A stretch of DNA of 64,000 nt from an uncultured virus (IMG/VR IMGVR_UViG_3300042014_000090) (IMGVR_UViG_3300042014_000090), one strand, 5' to 3'; positions 44,617-55,042 are shown, numbered from the stretch's first letter. Made by a program: numbers and translations. The notes: generated by a model not told the origin, from the letters alone.

Positions 44617-47600
44617 CTACGCGGTACGACGCGAAGCGCCGAACACCGCCTGAACATTCCCACCGCGCGTCCGCACGGTCCGGCGGTTGGAGTCGAGAAC
44701 GATCTCGTCGATCTTCTTCTCGCCGACCATCACGGTGATGTGGAAGACACCCCCACCGCCACCGGCCTGACCAGCGATACGGCGGGAATCCGGGTTGGAG
44801 TACACGCTCGACCCGAACGGCAGCCGCACCAGCTCCGGACCGTGCTCACCGACCTCGACGAGGCCGCCACGAAGACCGCCGGTCGCCGCGCCGATGATGC
44901 CGCCGGTCGCCTTCTTCTTCTTGCTGGTCGCTTTCTTCAGAGCCTTCGACAGCTCATCCAACGACTTGACCAGCTTCTCCTGGATCTTGATCTGCTTGCC
45001 GAAGAGGGCATCCGCCGTCGTCTTGCCCGCACTGGACGCCGACGACGCCATCTGCCCATACAGCGAGTTGATCGACCTCAGCTCACTGCCCGACGACCGC
45101 AGCAGCGCGCCCGCCGTCTCCAGACCGCCGCCGTCGACGCCCGCCTCCGCGACCTGCCGCAGCAGGCCCTTCGACAGACCACGCGACCTCAGCCGCTTCA
45201 GAGCGCTGTCGAACGCCTTCGCCCTGTCCCGGCCGCGCGTCATCCGGGTCATCAACGCCGACACGGTCACGGCCTTGTCGGAATCGACGCCCTCGGTGAT
45301 GTTCGTCGTCGCACGCGACTTCACGCCGCTGCTCAGCGACTTCGCCTCGCTCTTCAGGCTGGAGAGCTTGTTCTTCGCCTTGTCGAGCGCGCTGGTCACC
45401 GACTTCAGAGCCGTCGCCATCTTGATGGAGCCCTTGATGATCTGGCTCATCAGACGCAGAAGGTTCTTCTCGGTGGTGCCCGAGGTGGCTTCCTTGATCG
45501 GCTTGATAGCCTGCCGCGCCTCGGAACGGACACCGCCCTTGGCGAACCACTCGACCCGGCCACCAAGGATCTGCATCGTCTGCTCGGCGATCCGCCGCGA
45601 ACGAGGGCGCTTGGCCGGGCTGAGCGGGATGTAGCTCTCCCCGCCCGTCTCTTCCTCGGCCCATATGCGCATCGCACCGGCCGGTGCGATCTGAGCGACA
45701 TGGTTCTCTTTGCCGCCGTTGGCGAAGCTGCGGAAGAGATTGCCGTTGGCGCTGAAGCGACGCGACGCGCTCTCGTCCACCCTCCTGTAGATCTCTTCCG
45801 TAATGCTGCTGTGAATGTGCTTACTGCTGGTGACGCGCCCGTTGAGCGCGTTCAGCAGCGACTGCATCCGCCCCGCATCGGCGATGGCGGCCCCGGCGTC
45901 GAGGGCGGCCTTCGCCTTCGCAACGAAGCCATCGGCCTCGTCGATCTTCGCGAGGTAGTCGACCGCCTTCTGCTTCGCCTCCTCCGCCTGAAGCTCAAGA
46001 TCCGTCTTGGCGGCCTTCGGAGTCTTCAGGACCAGGGCGATGTACGCGTCCAGTTCCGCCTTCGGAATCCCGTACGCCTCGCCCAGAGCACGGATGGAGG
46101 ACTCGCCCTCCTTCCACAGGCGGTTCTGCTCCTTGAGGGGCTGATCGGCCTCGATCGCCGTATCCACAGCGCGCTGAGTGCTCTCGGCGAGCTTGTAGAA
46201 GTCCTCGGCGACCTTGCGGGTGTTCTCGTGACTGGTGTCGAAGATACCGTTGTTGATCTTGACGGTATCGCCCAGCTTCTGAACATTCGCCATGGCGTCC
46301 TGAGCCGCCTGGTTGAGAGCCGCCTCCGCCTGGAACCGGTTGACGTTCTGGTTGTTGTGTTCCTTGATCTGCTCATTCAGCTGCCGGAGCGCCTCGGCGT
46401 GGCTCAAGGTCTTCACTGCGGCTTCGTTCTGCGCCGCAGCCGTCCCCGCGAGGCTCTCCGTGAACGCGGTGGTGTTCGCGTCGACGTCCACAGTGGAGAC
46501 ACCGAGAGACTCAAGCCCCTTGGCGAGAAGACCCACCAGGCCCGCCGTAAGCCCCAGCTCACCCATTTTCTCGATGAGCGGGCCGAGCAGGGCGTCGACC
46601 GCCGCGAAGACGCCCTCGATGACCACGAAGATGGCGCTCAGCACACTGAGCGCGGTCGACAGCAGTGTCGTAGCGGTCTCGCTCTGCGACATCGCGTTGA
46701 TGAACTCGCCGATGTTGACGAGCACGTCACGGATGCCGTCACCCATGATCGCCCAGGTGTCCTTCAGACCCTCCGCGCCACCGTCAGACGTCATAGCGGC
46801 GAACATCTGGCCCAGGCCCTCACCAATGGTGCCCATGGCGTCCCGGAAGCCCTCCATCACGGGACCCATCTCCCGCAAGGACTCCACGATCCCCGGCAGC
46901 GCACCGCCCGCCAGATCCGTGAACGCACCGGCGAAATCGCTCACCAGCGGCGCCGCACCCGAGAACGCCTCGGTCAGCGCACCACCCATCTCCTCGGTGG
47001 CCTCTGCCACCTCATACATCGCGACGACCAGCGCCGACTTCAGCGGCTGCGCGGCGGCCCGCACACTGACGCCGATGGTCGACTTCATGTGAGCGAAGGC
47101 GTTCTTGATGTCCTTCTCGCTGCGGAGCGCAAACGCACCCAGCGCGATGAACGCACCACCCAGCACGGTGGTCAGCAGCGCACCGACGACCGGAGCCAGC
47201 GGACCCAGCATGCCGAGCACGAGCAGGAAGATCTTCATCCCGCGCGAAGCGCCAGCGATCTTGTCCCGCAACTGCCCGGCAGCATGCGTGATCCCGCCGA
47301 GACTGCGCGTGATCAGATTGATGCCGCCCAGGCCGCCCTCGCCGATCCGGGACAGGGAACGACGCACAGCACCAACATGCGTACGGGTGTCCCGCAACCG
47401 CCGCTGGAGAAGCAGAGTATGATCACTGAGCCGCTGGAAGACGTTCCCCTCATTGCCCAGCAGACGAAGCTGGGCCCGAAGGCCAGCGACCTCACGCCGC
47501 ATGTCCCTGAAAGCCGAACGCGTCAGATCACCCGAGCCACGCAGCAGACGCGCATCACGCACCGTCATCTGCAACCCGCGCGACAGCGCATCAAACTCGC

Positions 47601-48678
47601 GCCGCGACAATGACCCGGCATCCCGTGCATCCTGAAGCGCACGCGCCATCGTCCGCAGGTCCCCGCCCAGCGCACGCACCGAACGCCGCGCACGATCCGA
47701 GCTGCCGGTGACACCCGCCATCGTCCGCTGAAGGCTGGCAAACCCCCGCGACATCCGGTTCATGTCGTCTTCGCCCAGCGCACGGAAACGCAGAGTCAGA
47801 CCCTGGTTATCCTGCCGGACCCGACGCACCCGCGCAGGGACAGGACGCCCCGCGTCCCTCCCCCCGAGCGCAGCCAGACGAGTCACATCACGCTGCTGCT
47901 GCGCCGCCGCCGCACGGGCAGCACGGTCACGCTCAGCCTCCGCACGCCGGTTACGCTGCGCCTCTTCCCGCAGAGCCGCCGCATGGGCGCGCGAGATCCG
48001 CTGCTGCTGCGCCACGAGCTGCCGGGCACGGGACTGCTGCTGACGCAGTTCATCCCGAGCCGCCGCCGAGTTGCGCCGCGCCTCTTCCCGCAGAGCAGCG
48101 GCATGAGCCTGCGCCATACGCCGCCGCATCGCGACGATCGTCCGCGCATCCGCTTCCTGACGGCGCCGCTCCTCACGCGCCCGGCGGTCCGCCTCACGCT
48201 GCGCCTGCGCCGCCGCACGCGACGCCTCACGGCGCAGCCGTTCCGCCTCACGCTGCCGGTCAGCCGCATTCCGCGCACGCCGCTGCGCCATGGCATCCTG
48301 GCGGCGCAGCTGGTTGTCCAGGTGATCGAAGTCCAGACGGGTGCGTTCCAGCTCACGGCGCAGACTGCGGAACTGATCTTCGGTCAGTTCACCATCCGCA
48401 GCCGCGCCCCGCAGGTCGCGTCCCAGTAGCCCCATGGACCGGCGCATGAAGTCCATTTCATGACGGGCCATCCTGCCGGTCCGCTGGAACTGACTCAGTC
48501 GCCGCTGAAGACCGGTCAGCGAGTTCGCGAACCGGTCAGAACTCTGCGTGGCACCATCGGAGTCCCGGCTGATCCTGCGGATGTCGCCGCCCATACCGCG
48601 CATACGCTGGCGAATCTGATTGAAATCGCCCCGCGTCATATCACGGACCCGGACGGTAAGTGTGATGTCATCAGCCAT
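44617..48678 (-). CDS. tape measure protein
   Basis: 1353 aa Ala/Gly-rich helical; FANGG..H.AQIA, WAEEETGGESYIP, VGEHGPE. Confidence 0.9.
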   Translation of the reverse strand: MADDITLTVRVRDMTRGDFNQIRQRMRGMGGDIRRISRDSDGATQSSDRFANSLTGLQRRLSQFQRTGRMARHEMDFMRRSMGLLGRDLRGAAADGELTEDQFRSLRRELERTRLDFDHLDNQLRRQDAMAQRRARNAADRQREAERLRREASRAAAQAQREADRRAREERRRQEADARTIVAMRRRMAQAHAAALREEARRNSAAARDELRQQQSRARQLVAQQQRISRAHAAALREEAQRNRRAEAERDRAARAAAAQQQRDVTRLAALGGRDAGRPVPARVRRVRQDNQGLTLRFRALGEDDMNRMSRGFASLQRTMAGVTGSSDRARRSVRALGGDLRTMARALQDARDAGSLSRREFDALSRGLQMTVRDARLLRGSGDLTRSAFRDMRREVAGLRAQLRLLGNEGNVFQRLSDHTLLLQRRLRDTRTHVGAVRRSLSRIGEGGLGGINLITRSLGGITHAAGQLRDKIAGASRGMKIFLLVLGMLGPLAPVVGALLTTVLGGAFIALGAFALRSEKDIKNAFAHMKSTIGVSVRAAAQPLKSALVVAMYEVAEATEEMGGALTEAFSGAAPLVSDFAGAFTDLAGGALPGIVESLREMGPVMEGFRDAMGTIGEGLGQMFAAMTSDGGAEGLKDTWAIMGDGIRDVLVNIGEFINAMSQSETATTLLSTALSVLSAIFVVIEGVFAAVDALLGPLIEKMGELGLTAGLVGLLAKGLESLGVSTVDVDANTTAFTESLAGTAAAQNEAAVKTLSHAEALRQLNEQIKEHNNQNVNRFQAEAALNQAAQDAMANVQKLGDTVKINNGIFDTSHENTRKVAEDFYKLAESTQRAVDTAIEADQPLKEQNRLWKEGESSIRALGEAYGIPKAELDAYIALVLKTPKAAKTDLELQAEEAKQKAVDYLAKIDEADGFVAKAKAALDAGAAIADAGRMQSLLNALNGRVTSSKHIHSSITEEIYRRVDESASRRFSANGNLFRSFANGGKENHVAQIAPAGAMRIWAEEETGGESYIPLSPAKRPRSRRIAEQTMQILGGRVEWFAKGGVRSEARQAIKPIKEATSGTTEKNLLRLMSQIIKGSIKMATALKSVTSALDKAKNKLSSLKSEAKSLSSGVKSRATTNITEGVDSDKAVTVSALMTRMTRGRDRAKAFDSALKRLRSRGLSKGLLRQVAEAGVDGGGLETAGALLRSSGSELRSINSLYGQMASSASSAGKTTADALFGKQIKIQEKLVKSLDELSKALKKATSKKKKATGGIIGAATGGLRGGLVEVGEHGPELVRLPFGSSVYSNPDSRRIAGQAGGGGGVFHITVMVGEKKIDEIVLDSNRRTVRTRGGNVQAVFGASRRTA

Positions 48679-48681
48679 CGC

Positions 48682-49221
48682 TCACCCCTCCGCCCGGATT
48701 CCCGAGATCTTCGATATGCAGCAGCTGGAGAAGCTCCGCCGGTTCGGCGAGAATCTCACTGGGAAGTTTGTGGAACTGGCGGCACAGCGCGAGGATGAAC
48801 TCCGCGCGCTCCAGTTCCTTCGGCTTTTCGACTACAGCGCCTGTGACGGAATCGACTCCACCAGGACAGGCTCGCCAGAGTCGGACTTTTTTTCAGCCTT
48901 CTCCGGCAGCGTCGTCAGGGCCGTCGTCCACGCACTGATGATGGCCATGTTCATGTTGAAGTCGTTGGAGCGAATGCCCTCATACGTCGTAGGCACCGGC
49001 TCATCGGTGTCGTCGTCTTCGAGGTTCCACGAGACCAGGTGCGTGGAGAGCAGCTTGAGCATGCCCTCCGTCTCCCCGTCTCCCTCGGTGTTCGCCGCAC
49101 TGAGGGAGACGAGGTCGAGGTACTCGCCGGTCGTGAGGCCGCGCACCTTGACCACCAGGCCGTCGTACTCGGTCCCCTCGAAGTCGAGCTTGTAGATCTT
49201 CCGCTTGCGCTTGAAGGACAC
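48682..49221 (-). CDS. tail assembly chaperone long form via -1 frameshift
   Basis: A AAA AAG at 48892-48886; -1 frame open to TGA 48682 (..FILALCRQFHKLPSEILAE..). Confidence 0.75.
48832..49221 (-). CDS. tail assembly chaperone short form
   Basis: GGAGG RBS before GTG49221; LVSWNL. Confidence 0.8.
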   Translation of the reverse strand: MSFKRKRKIYKLDFEGTEYDGLVVKVRGLTTGEYLDLVSLSAANTEGDGETEGMLKLLSTHLVSWNLEDDDTDEPVPTTYEGIRSNDFNMNMAIISAWTTALTTLPEKAEKKSDSGEPVLVESIPSQAL

Positions 49222-49297
49222 GTTTTCCTCCCCGGAAAAGGGCACACGAAAGGCCCGCCACGAAGCGTGACGGGCCTTGCCGAGATGATCTATTCAG

Positions 49298-49942
49298 TTA
49301 TTCATCTTCATGGGGACAGGTGCGCCCGAACCTTGTCGCCGAATTGCAGTTCCAGCACAAGAGCCTGTAGCCCTCTTGCGGGAACCCTCGGCGGCGCAGA
49401 TCGGCGTACACATGACTTCCCACCTTGAGGCGATGCGTCTTGCCGTCGCCATTCACGTGATCGAGACAAAGGAATGCCTGGTTCGTTTCTGGGCAGTTCT
49501 TGCAGGCACACTTGCCTCCGTAAGCTGCTATCAGCTCGTCTCGATAGCGCTGTCGCCGTTCAGCCTGGATCTTGCGCTGCTCTTCTCGATACTTCTCGGG
49601 GCTATCCCAGTAGTTGTTCTTTGCGTAGCACTGATGGCACAGGCCTTTCGCGAGCGCTGGGCGGTCAGGGTGACATGACGCCCTCCCGACAATGATCTCG
49701 CCGCTTCGCCGAGCCCTCTGATAGCAAGCATGGCAGAGGCCGCCCTTCGTCGCGGCACGTCGGTCCGGGTGGCCGCAGGTCGGTTCGCTCTTCTTTGGTT
49801 TGGGTGGTTTGCGATAATTCGGGGAATACTCTTCCGGACTCTTCTTGCGCCCTCGCCGCTTGTCGTAGTCCTGCATGTAGCAAAAGCGACACATACCTTT
49901 TGCTACATGGGGACGGTCGGGATGACAGTCCGCCATACGCAT
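49298..49942 (-). CDS. HNH endonuclease
   Basis: YGGKCAC..C, LCLDHVNGDG, LCWNCN; three CHPDR..C..CY repeats. Confidence 0.85.
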   Translation of the reverse strand: MRMADCHPDRPHVAKGMCRFCYMQDYDKRRGRKKSPEEYSPNYRKPPKPKKSEPTCGHPDRRAATKGGLCHACYQRARRSGEIIVGRASCHPDRPALAKGLCHQCYAKNNYWDSPEKYREEQRKIQAERRQRYRDELIAAYGGKCACKNCPETNQAFLCLDHVNGDGKTHRLKVGSHVYADLRRRGFPQEGYRLLCWNCNSATRFGRTCPHEDE

Positions 49943-49988
49943 GGATAGACCTCCAAGGATTGAACTTGGAGTTTACCATGCGTACTTT

Positions 49989-50396
49989 CTAAGCCCAGGT
50001 GGGGACTGAACCGTCGCTGAGCACTCCAGGGCAGGCGAAGGTGAGTTCACCGGAGTCCGCTCGCGTGAGCGGGTAGTCGGTGAAAAGGCACTCGTTCGCG
50101 AGCGTCTGACCCGAAACCGTCAGCGTCACCGTCCGCGCCACCGAAGTGGAGGGCACGGTCTTGAAGACGTCATGAGCCTGGTTCGCGGCGTCATTGAAGA
50201 CGCCGTTCAGCGTGATCGAGAAATCGGCAAGCAGGAGCAGACGCTCATACGCCGACTTGTCGATGCCGGTGATGTCCTGAACGCCACGCGGGGTGGCGAA
50301 TTCGAGGGACGTGATGTCGTTCTTGATCGCTCGGGCGGTACCGCTGCTGTCGTCGACAGAGCAGGTCGTCCACCCGAGGCCGCTTTCCTTCGCGAT
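49989..50396 (-). CDS. major tail tube-like protein with apparent ATC start
   Basis: IAKESGLGWTTCSVDDSSG...TGIDKSAYER...DGSVPTWA*; in-frame TGA three codons upstream of ATC; paralog of 50936-51691. Confidence 0.7.
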   Translation of the reverse strand: MAKESGLGWTTCSVDDSSGTARAIKNDITSLEFATPRGVQDITGIDKSAYERLLLLADFSITLNGVFNDAANQAHDVFKTVPSTSVARTVTLTVSGQTLANECLFTDYPLTRADSGELTFACPGVLSDGSVPTWA

Positions 50397-50456
50397 TGCA
50401 AATCACCTTCTTTGCAGTGAGTTGACCGCTGCCGACAGCGGACCAACGGGATGGAC

Positions 50457-50915
50457 TCATCCAGCCTGTTGAAAGCGGATGAGACGGTCCTGGTTCTCGT
50501 TGAATTCCTCGACCCAGAACTCAGGCTTCGTGTGTTTGCGAGTGGCAACACCAGTCGGGTTTCCGCGCCAGTCGCCGCCCTTGACGAGGTAGTGCTCGGG
50601 GCGGCCGAGGGGGAGCTTGTGCTGGCCGGAGGCGAAGCACCGCTGACCGGCCTCGAACGTGAACACCGTCAGGCCGGGCTGCTCGTCGCGGGACTCGGTG
50701 AACTTCCGGCCCGACTGCTTGCGGATGTACCAGGCCTGCTTCTGGCCCAGCTCCGTCGACTCGTCGATCGCCGACTTCCAGCCCCGCACATGCTGCTCGC
50801 ACTCGACCTCCTCGCACGTCGCCGGACGCCAGTGCGTCGAGATCGGCGAGACGATCTGGAACGTCCGGTACGCCGAGGCGGGCAGGTTGGGTGTGATGCG
50901 GTTGATGGGACGCAT
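50457..50915 (-). CDS. hypothetical structural-region protein
   Basis: GGAGAGG RBS. Confidence 0.7.
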   Translation of the reverse strand: MRPINRITPNLPASAYRTFQIVSPISTHWRPATCEEVECEQHVRGWKSAIDESTELGQKQAWYIRKQSGRKFTESRDEQPGLTVFTFEAGQRCFASGQHKLPLGRPEHYLVKGGDWRGNPTGVATRKHTKPEFWVEEFNENQDRLIRFQQAG

Positions 50916-50935
50916 GGCCTCTCCCCGAGGACGTG

Positions 50936-51691
50936 TCAGAAGACGGTGGCGGTCACGTTGCGGCAGACCATGACCGCGAAGGTCAGCTCGGAGAACCCGC
51001 CGGTGGTGGCGGTGATGACCCGCAGGTATCGCTCGACGGTCTGATCGTTGGCCGTGGCGATCCGCTCGACGGTGGGTCCGGCGGTCACGGCGGTGAAGGC
51101 CCCCCCGGTGACGTTGGCGAACGCATCACCCGCGCCGTTGTCGGAGGACTCCTGGAGCCGGATCGTCACGTCAGTGCCGGTGAAGGAGAACACCTGGAGG
51201 TAGGCCTGGAGGCCGAAGGCCGTCGAGCCGGTGCCGAAGTCCACCGACGTGCCGTTGGCGGCACCGGTGTCGGTGCGCTTCCCGGCAGTCATCTGACGGC
51301 CCCACTCCAGACCGAAGCTGTTGCACTGGGCCTGGACGGAGAACTTGAAGTCGCCGTCGTCGCCCCTCGTACCGTCGTAGTTGATCTGCTTGCCGACCAT
51401 GCAGGCGGCAGGGTTACCGAGAGTGGTGCCGCGTGCGTAGTAGAAGTGGACGTCGCTGGACGGCAGCGTCGACAGCCGCAGGTGGGAGCGGTCGGTGGCG
51501 GGGTTGAAGTACGAGGTGAACTCGATGTTCCCGTCGCGCTTCCCGCCGATCCGCTCATACGCCGACTTGTCGATGCCGGTGACGTCGAAGGGCGCGTTAC
51601 CGCCGGATATGGTGCCGAGGGAATTGATGTCTCCACTCAGGTCATATCCGTGTACATAGAAATTATCTCCGAGTCCGGACTGCTTGGCCAT
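50936..51691 (-). CDS. tail tube-like protein
   Basis: MAKQSGLG...TGIDKSAYER; GAGGAGG RBS. Confidence 0.7.
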   Translation of the reverse strand: MAKQSGLGDNFYVHGYDLSGDINSLGTISGGNAPFDVTGIDKSAYERIGGKRDGNIEFTSYFNPATDRSHLRLSTLPSSDVHFYYARGTTLGNPAACMVGKQINYDGTRGDDGDFKFSVQAQCNSFGLEWGRQMTAGKRTDTGAANGTSVDFGTGSTAFGLQAYLQVFSFTGTDVTIRLQESSDNGAGDAFANVTGGAFTAVTAGPTVERIATANDQTVERYLRVITATTGGFSELTFAVMVCRNVTATVF

Positions 51692-51763
51692 GCGTGCTGT
51701 CCTCCTCGGGACATGAGGAAGGGCCACCCAAAAAACTGGATGGCCCTCACGAAGAACTGGGGT

Positions 51764-52219
51764 TTACGCGACCTGATCCCACACGTCGTCAATGACGATC
51801 GGAATGAGGATCTGGAAGACGCGGAATTCTTTACCGTCCAAATTCATATACCCACTCTTGACCCTCAACGGCTGCCCCCAGGCACCGAAGACGTCGACGT
51901 TGCGGGCCTCACCGCCGAGATCGAAGTCCCCGATGAGACTCGTGAACATCGCATCCACGGCCAGCGACAGGTTGGTGTCGATGTCGTCGTACGGTTCCTG
52001 GTAGGTGGAGGAGTAGACCTGCATCTCCAGCTCCAGCCGCACCGACGTGGACGCGAGCCCCGAAGTACGGATGGCCCGCATGTCCTCGATGTAGATCGCG
52101 GCAGTGATCCCATTGGTCGCCGCCTGCTTGGAGACATAGCCCAGGACGGCGTCGAAGTACCCGGTGGCCATGGCCAGCGACGCGATGTTGCCGAGGATGT
52201 TCCGCGTGTCCAGAGCCAC
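51764..52219 (-). CDS. tail terminator-like protein
   Basis: size and position. Confidence 0.55.
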   Translation of the reverse strand: MALDTRNILGNIASLAMATGYFDAVLGYVSKQAATNGITAAIYIEDMRAIRTSGLASTSVRLELEMQVYSSTYQEPYDDIDTNLSLAVDAMFTSLIGDFDLGGEARNVDVFGAWGQPLRVKSGYMNLDGKEFRVFQILIPIVIDDVWDQVA

Positions 52220-52229
52220 CGGGACCTCC

Positions 52230-52646
52230 TCAGATCAGACGGCCACGGGCCTGGTGCTGGGACAGCACCCTTTCGGCGATGGCGTAACGCTGCCCGCCCC
52301 GGCCGAACTCGGCCTTGGTGTCACGCATCGACCAGTAGCCGGGGAAGATGGTGGCCGGGGCATTGCGGGAACCGGTGCCCTCCAGCCAGTGACCGTAGAT
52401 CACGCCGTTGTCGTGGATCTTCCACCGGTTCCAAGCGACCTGGCGCTTGTCGACCTGCGTGGTGTAGTACGGCGTCTGGTGCCGCAGACGTGAGTTCAGC
52501 TTGTCCAGCCACGCATCGTGAGCGCCCTCGCCGAGTTCCCTGGCGACGTCCTTCTCGTAGTCCCGCACATGCCGGTGAATCGCGCCGGACTCGATCGGAC
52601 CCGACGCACGGGAACGGAAGCTGATGTGGTATCCGACCTGAGCCAT
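52230..52646 (-). CDS. head-tail/neck protein
   Basis: YGHWLEGTGSRN; position. Confidence 0.55.
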   Translation of the reverse strand: MAQVGYHISFRSRASGPIESGAIHRHVRDYEKDVARELGEGAHDAWLDKLNSRLRHQTPYYTTQVDKRQVAWNRWKIHDNGVIYGHWLEGTGSRNAPATIFPGYWSMRDTKAEFGRGGQRYAIAERVLSQHQARGRLI

Positions 52647-52663
52647 CGCCAGCACCTTTCTCG

Positions 52664-53740
52664 TCAGATCGTGCGAGTCCGGGCCTTGCGCCCGTACGTG
52701 CGGTACATCTGCTCGCGGAAGTCGACCAGAGCCTCCACGGTCGCCGCACGCCGCGCCGTGCCACCGAAGATCGACGACGCCGACATCGTGCGGAACCAGC
52801 CGGTCTGTTCCTGCATCAGCTGGTGGATCGCTTCGGCCGTCACGTACTGACGCACCGCCGCAGGCACCTGCCACACCTCAACCGTCGCCCCGCTGTTGTG
52901 CGTGGCCGCCGTCGAGCCGAGCGCGCCCCGCGACACGGTCAGGGTGCGGGGGGCGTAGATGTCGACACCGGCCGCGTGCGCGGCGATCGTCGACCCCTCA
53001 AACGCCCGCTCCACGCTCAGGACGTTGCCGGAGATCTCCTCGATCAGCATCCGCTCGGACTCGACCAGGATGACCTCGTCCACCGAGAACTGCGTGCCGT
53101 CGGCCACCGTCAGCGACTGCGCGTTCTTGTTCGCGGTCAGCCCGGCGCCACCGACGTTCTGACCGGTGTCGATCTGCGCCCGGTCCGTCACCAGCATCCG
53201 CTCCGAATCGATCTTCAGGATCGACCCGACACCGACCTCCGCCGACACCGCCGCCGACACATCGACACCCGTCTCCGAGGCGTCCAGCGCCTCCGACGTC
53301 ACTCCGGCGCTGAGGTGGTCGTCGGTGTACCCCCACACACCAGTGATCGTGATGTCCCGCTGATGCGTCGACCCGCCACCGAACGTCGCACTGGAGGAGA
53401 TGTCGATCTCCACCCGGTTGTACGGCGGGCCGGTCCGGTTCGGCTCCAGATTGAAGTCGGCCGCCGAAATCGCCGTCCCCCCAGACGACATCGACGACAC
53501 CGAGATCAGATCCGCATCGTCCAGCCACAGCCGCCACGCGACCGCGTCCTGCGCGTTGGGCCAGTCGAAATACTTCGTCGCCACCCTCGGATACAGCACC
53601 CGGTGCACCATCGCCTCCGCATTCCGCGAAGCCGACGCAATGCACCGGTCGATGTTCCTGTTGTTCTTGGGCACTTCACCCTGATCCAGAGCCCGCTTCA
53701 AGATCTCACGGGTGGTGTAGACAGGAACCGAGATAGCCAT
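52664..53740 (-). CDS. head-to-tail adaptor-like protein
   Basis: YTTRE, ASASR, ITGVWGY, VPAAVR; duplicated ERMLV module. Confidence 0.6.
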   Translation of the reverse strand: MAISVPVYTTREILKRALDQGEVPKNNRNIDRCIASASRNAEAMVHRVLYPRVATKYFDWPNAQDAVAWRLWLDDADLISVSSMSSGGTAISAADFNLEPNRTGPPYNRVEIDISSSATFGGGSTHQRDITITGVWGYTDDHLSAGVTSEALDASETGVDVSAAVSAEVGVGSILKIDSERMLVTDRAQIDTGQNVGGAGLTANKNAQSLTVADGTQFSVDEVILVESERMLIEEISGNVLSVERAFEGSTIAAHAAGVDIYAPRTLTVSRGALGSTAATHNSGATVEVWQVPAAVRQYVTAEAIHQLMQEQTGWFRTMSASSIFGGTARRAATVEALVDFREQMYRTYGRKARTRTI

Positions 53741-53759
53741 CTACACCCTCCACAAGTGA

Positions 53760-53933
53760 TCAAGTCCGGTCGCGCGGCCATTCCCAGCCGTCGAACGGGC
53801 AATGCAGAACCCCGTTGCGCCCCGCATCCAGCGGCTCACCGTCATTCGGGCACGCCACCGGCGGATACGTCAGCTCATCCCGCTTGTAGGCCATCGCCTC
53901 ATCACGGATACTCAGCAGCTGCTCCCACGCCAC
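53760..53933 (-). CDS. small Zn-binding protein
   Basis: ACPNDGEPL...LHCPFDG. Confidence 0.55.
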   Translation of the reverse strand: MAWEQLLSIRDEAMAYKRDELTYPPVACPNDGEPLDAGRNGVLHCPFDGWEWPRDRT

Positions 53934-53936
53934 GGC

Positions 53937-54563
53937 TTACTCGCCGTCGTCCTCGGCACCATCGGCCTTGGCGGCTTCATCCGCCGCACGCAGCCGGTCG
54001 GCGATCTGCGCCTTCGACCCGTACGAGGCCACGCCTCGCTTGTCGGCCTCGTCGCGCAGCTCGGCGAGCGTCTTGCCCGCGTACGGGTCCGGCTCGACCG
54101 GCTCCGGCGCAGCCTCAGCCTCGGGCTCGGCGTCGGGGGACACCGTCTCCGGCCCCGCCTCGGCAACATAGGTGGGGTGCCCCTGACCGGCCTCGGCTCC
54201 GGCCAGGGGCAGGCTCGCGACGGCGTCCGGGGAGGATTCCGCCTGCTCGCGAGCGTTCGTAGCACCGCCATGCACGGTGATCTTCGGGGACACATCATCC
54301 TCCACAGGGGGCCAGGGAACCTGCACCTGAGACCCGCACGAGGCGCAGAAGAGATCAGGAAGCTGCACCAGACCAGGCAGCGGCCCGGACAACCGGATCG
54401 TCCACGGGCCGCGCCCACAGGTGCAGAAGACAGTGGTGAAGGAAGGGAGCCGCCGCGACACGACGACCCCCTCCTCCACATACTCGGCGCCACCGCAGTG
54501 CGGACAGGCGTCGAGGCCGACAGCGAAACGCGTCGTACACCCGACGCACGTCAACATGCTCAT
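53937..54563 (-). CDS. Zn ribbon + SAP/HeH-like protein
   Basis: CVGC..CPHC; TLAELRDEADKRGV..GSKAQIADRL. Confidence 0.6.
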   Translation of the reverse strand: MSMLTCVGCTTRFAVGLDACPHCGGAEYVEEGVVVSRRLPSFTTVFCTCGRGPWTIRLSGPLPGLVQLPDLFCASCGSQVQVPWPPVEDDVSPKITVHGGATNAREQAESSPDAVASLPLAGAEAGQGHPTYVAEAGPETVSPDAEPEAEAAPEPVEPDPYAGKTLAELRDEADKRGVASYGSKAQIADRLRAADEAAKADGAEDDGE

Positions 54564-54582
54564 GGCATCTCCGAGGGAAAAG

Positions 54583-55041
54583 TCAGGCCGCAGCCACGGA
54601 AGCGCCCGTGTCCAGCGGCCAGTAGCACAAGGTCCACTTCACGGACCCCGTATTGGAAGCGGCGCAGTCCAGCAGGATCGAGCCCGGCTTCAGGATCAGC
54701 GGCTGCGCCAGCACCTTGCTCGACGGCAGGAAGTTCAGCGCGTCCTGCATCGCCGTCGCCGGAGTACCGGTGATCGAGTACATCGTGCCGACCGCGTCGG
54801 CCGTGATGTCCAGCACCGCGCACAGATCCTGCGTGGCCCCGGCCGCTGTCGGATCGAACGTGAGCTTCGTGTTGTTCGCCTGAGTCTGAATGACCGTGGT
54901 CACCTCGCCGATGATCGACGTCACGATGACCCGGCCCGTCGCCACAGTGAACAGGGCGCTGGCGGCGGTCTGCGGCAGAGCAGCCGTAGCACGCTCCACC
55001 ACCCGGCCGAAATCGCCAGCGCCCTTCAGGATCACGGACAC
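54583..55041 (-). CDS. virion (decoration-like) protein, paralog A
   Basis: LFTVATG..VTT..ANNTKL; WPL.TGA. Confidence 0.6.
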   Translation of the reverse strand: MSVILKGAGDFGRVVERATAALPQTAASALFTVATGRVIVTSIIGEVTTVIQTQANNTKLTFDPTAAGATQDLCAVLDITADAVGTMYSITGTPATAMQDALNFLPSSKVLAQPLILKPGSILLDCAASNTGSVKWTLCYWPLDTGASVAAA

Positions 55042-55042
55042 G

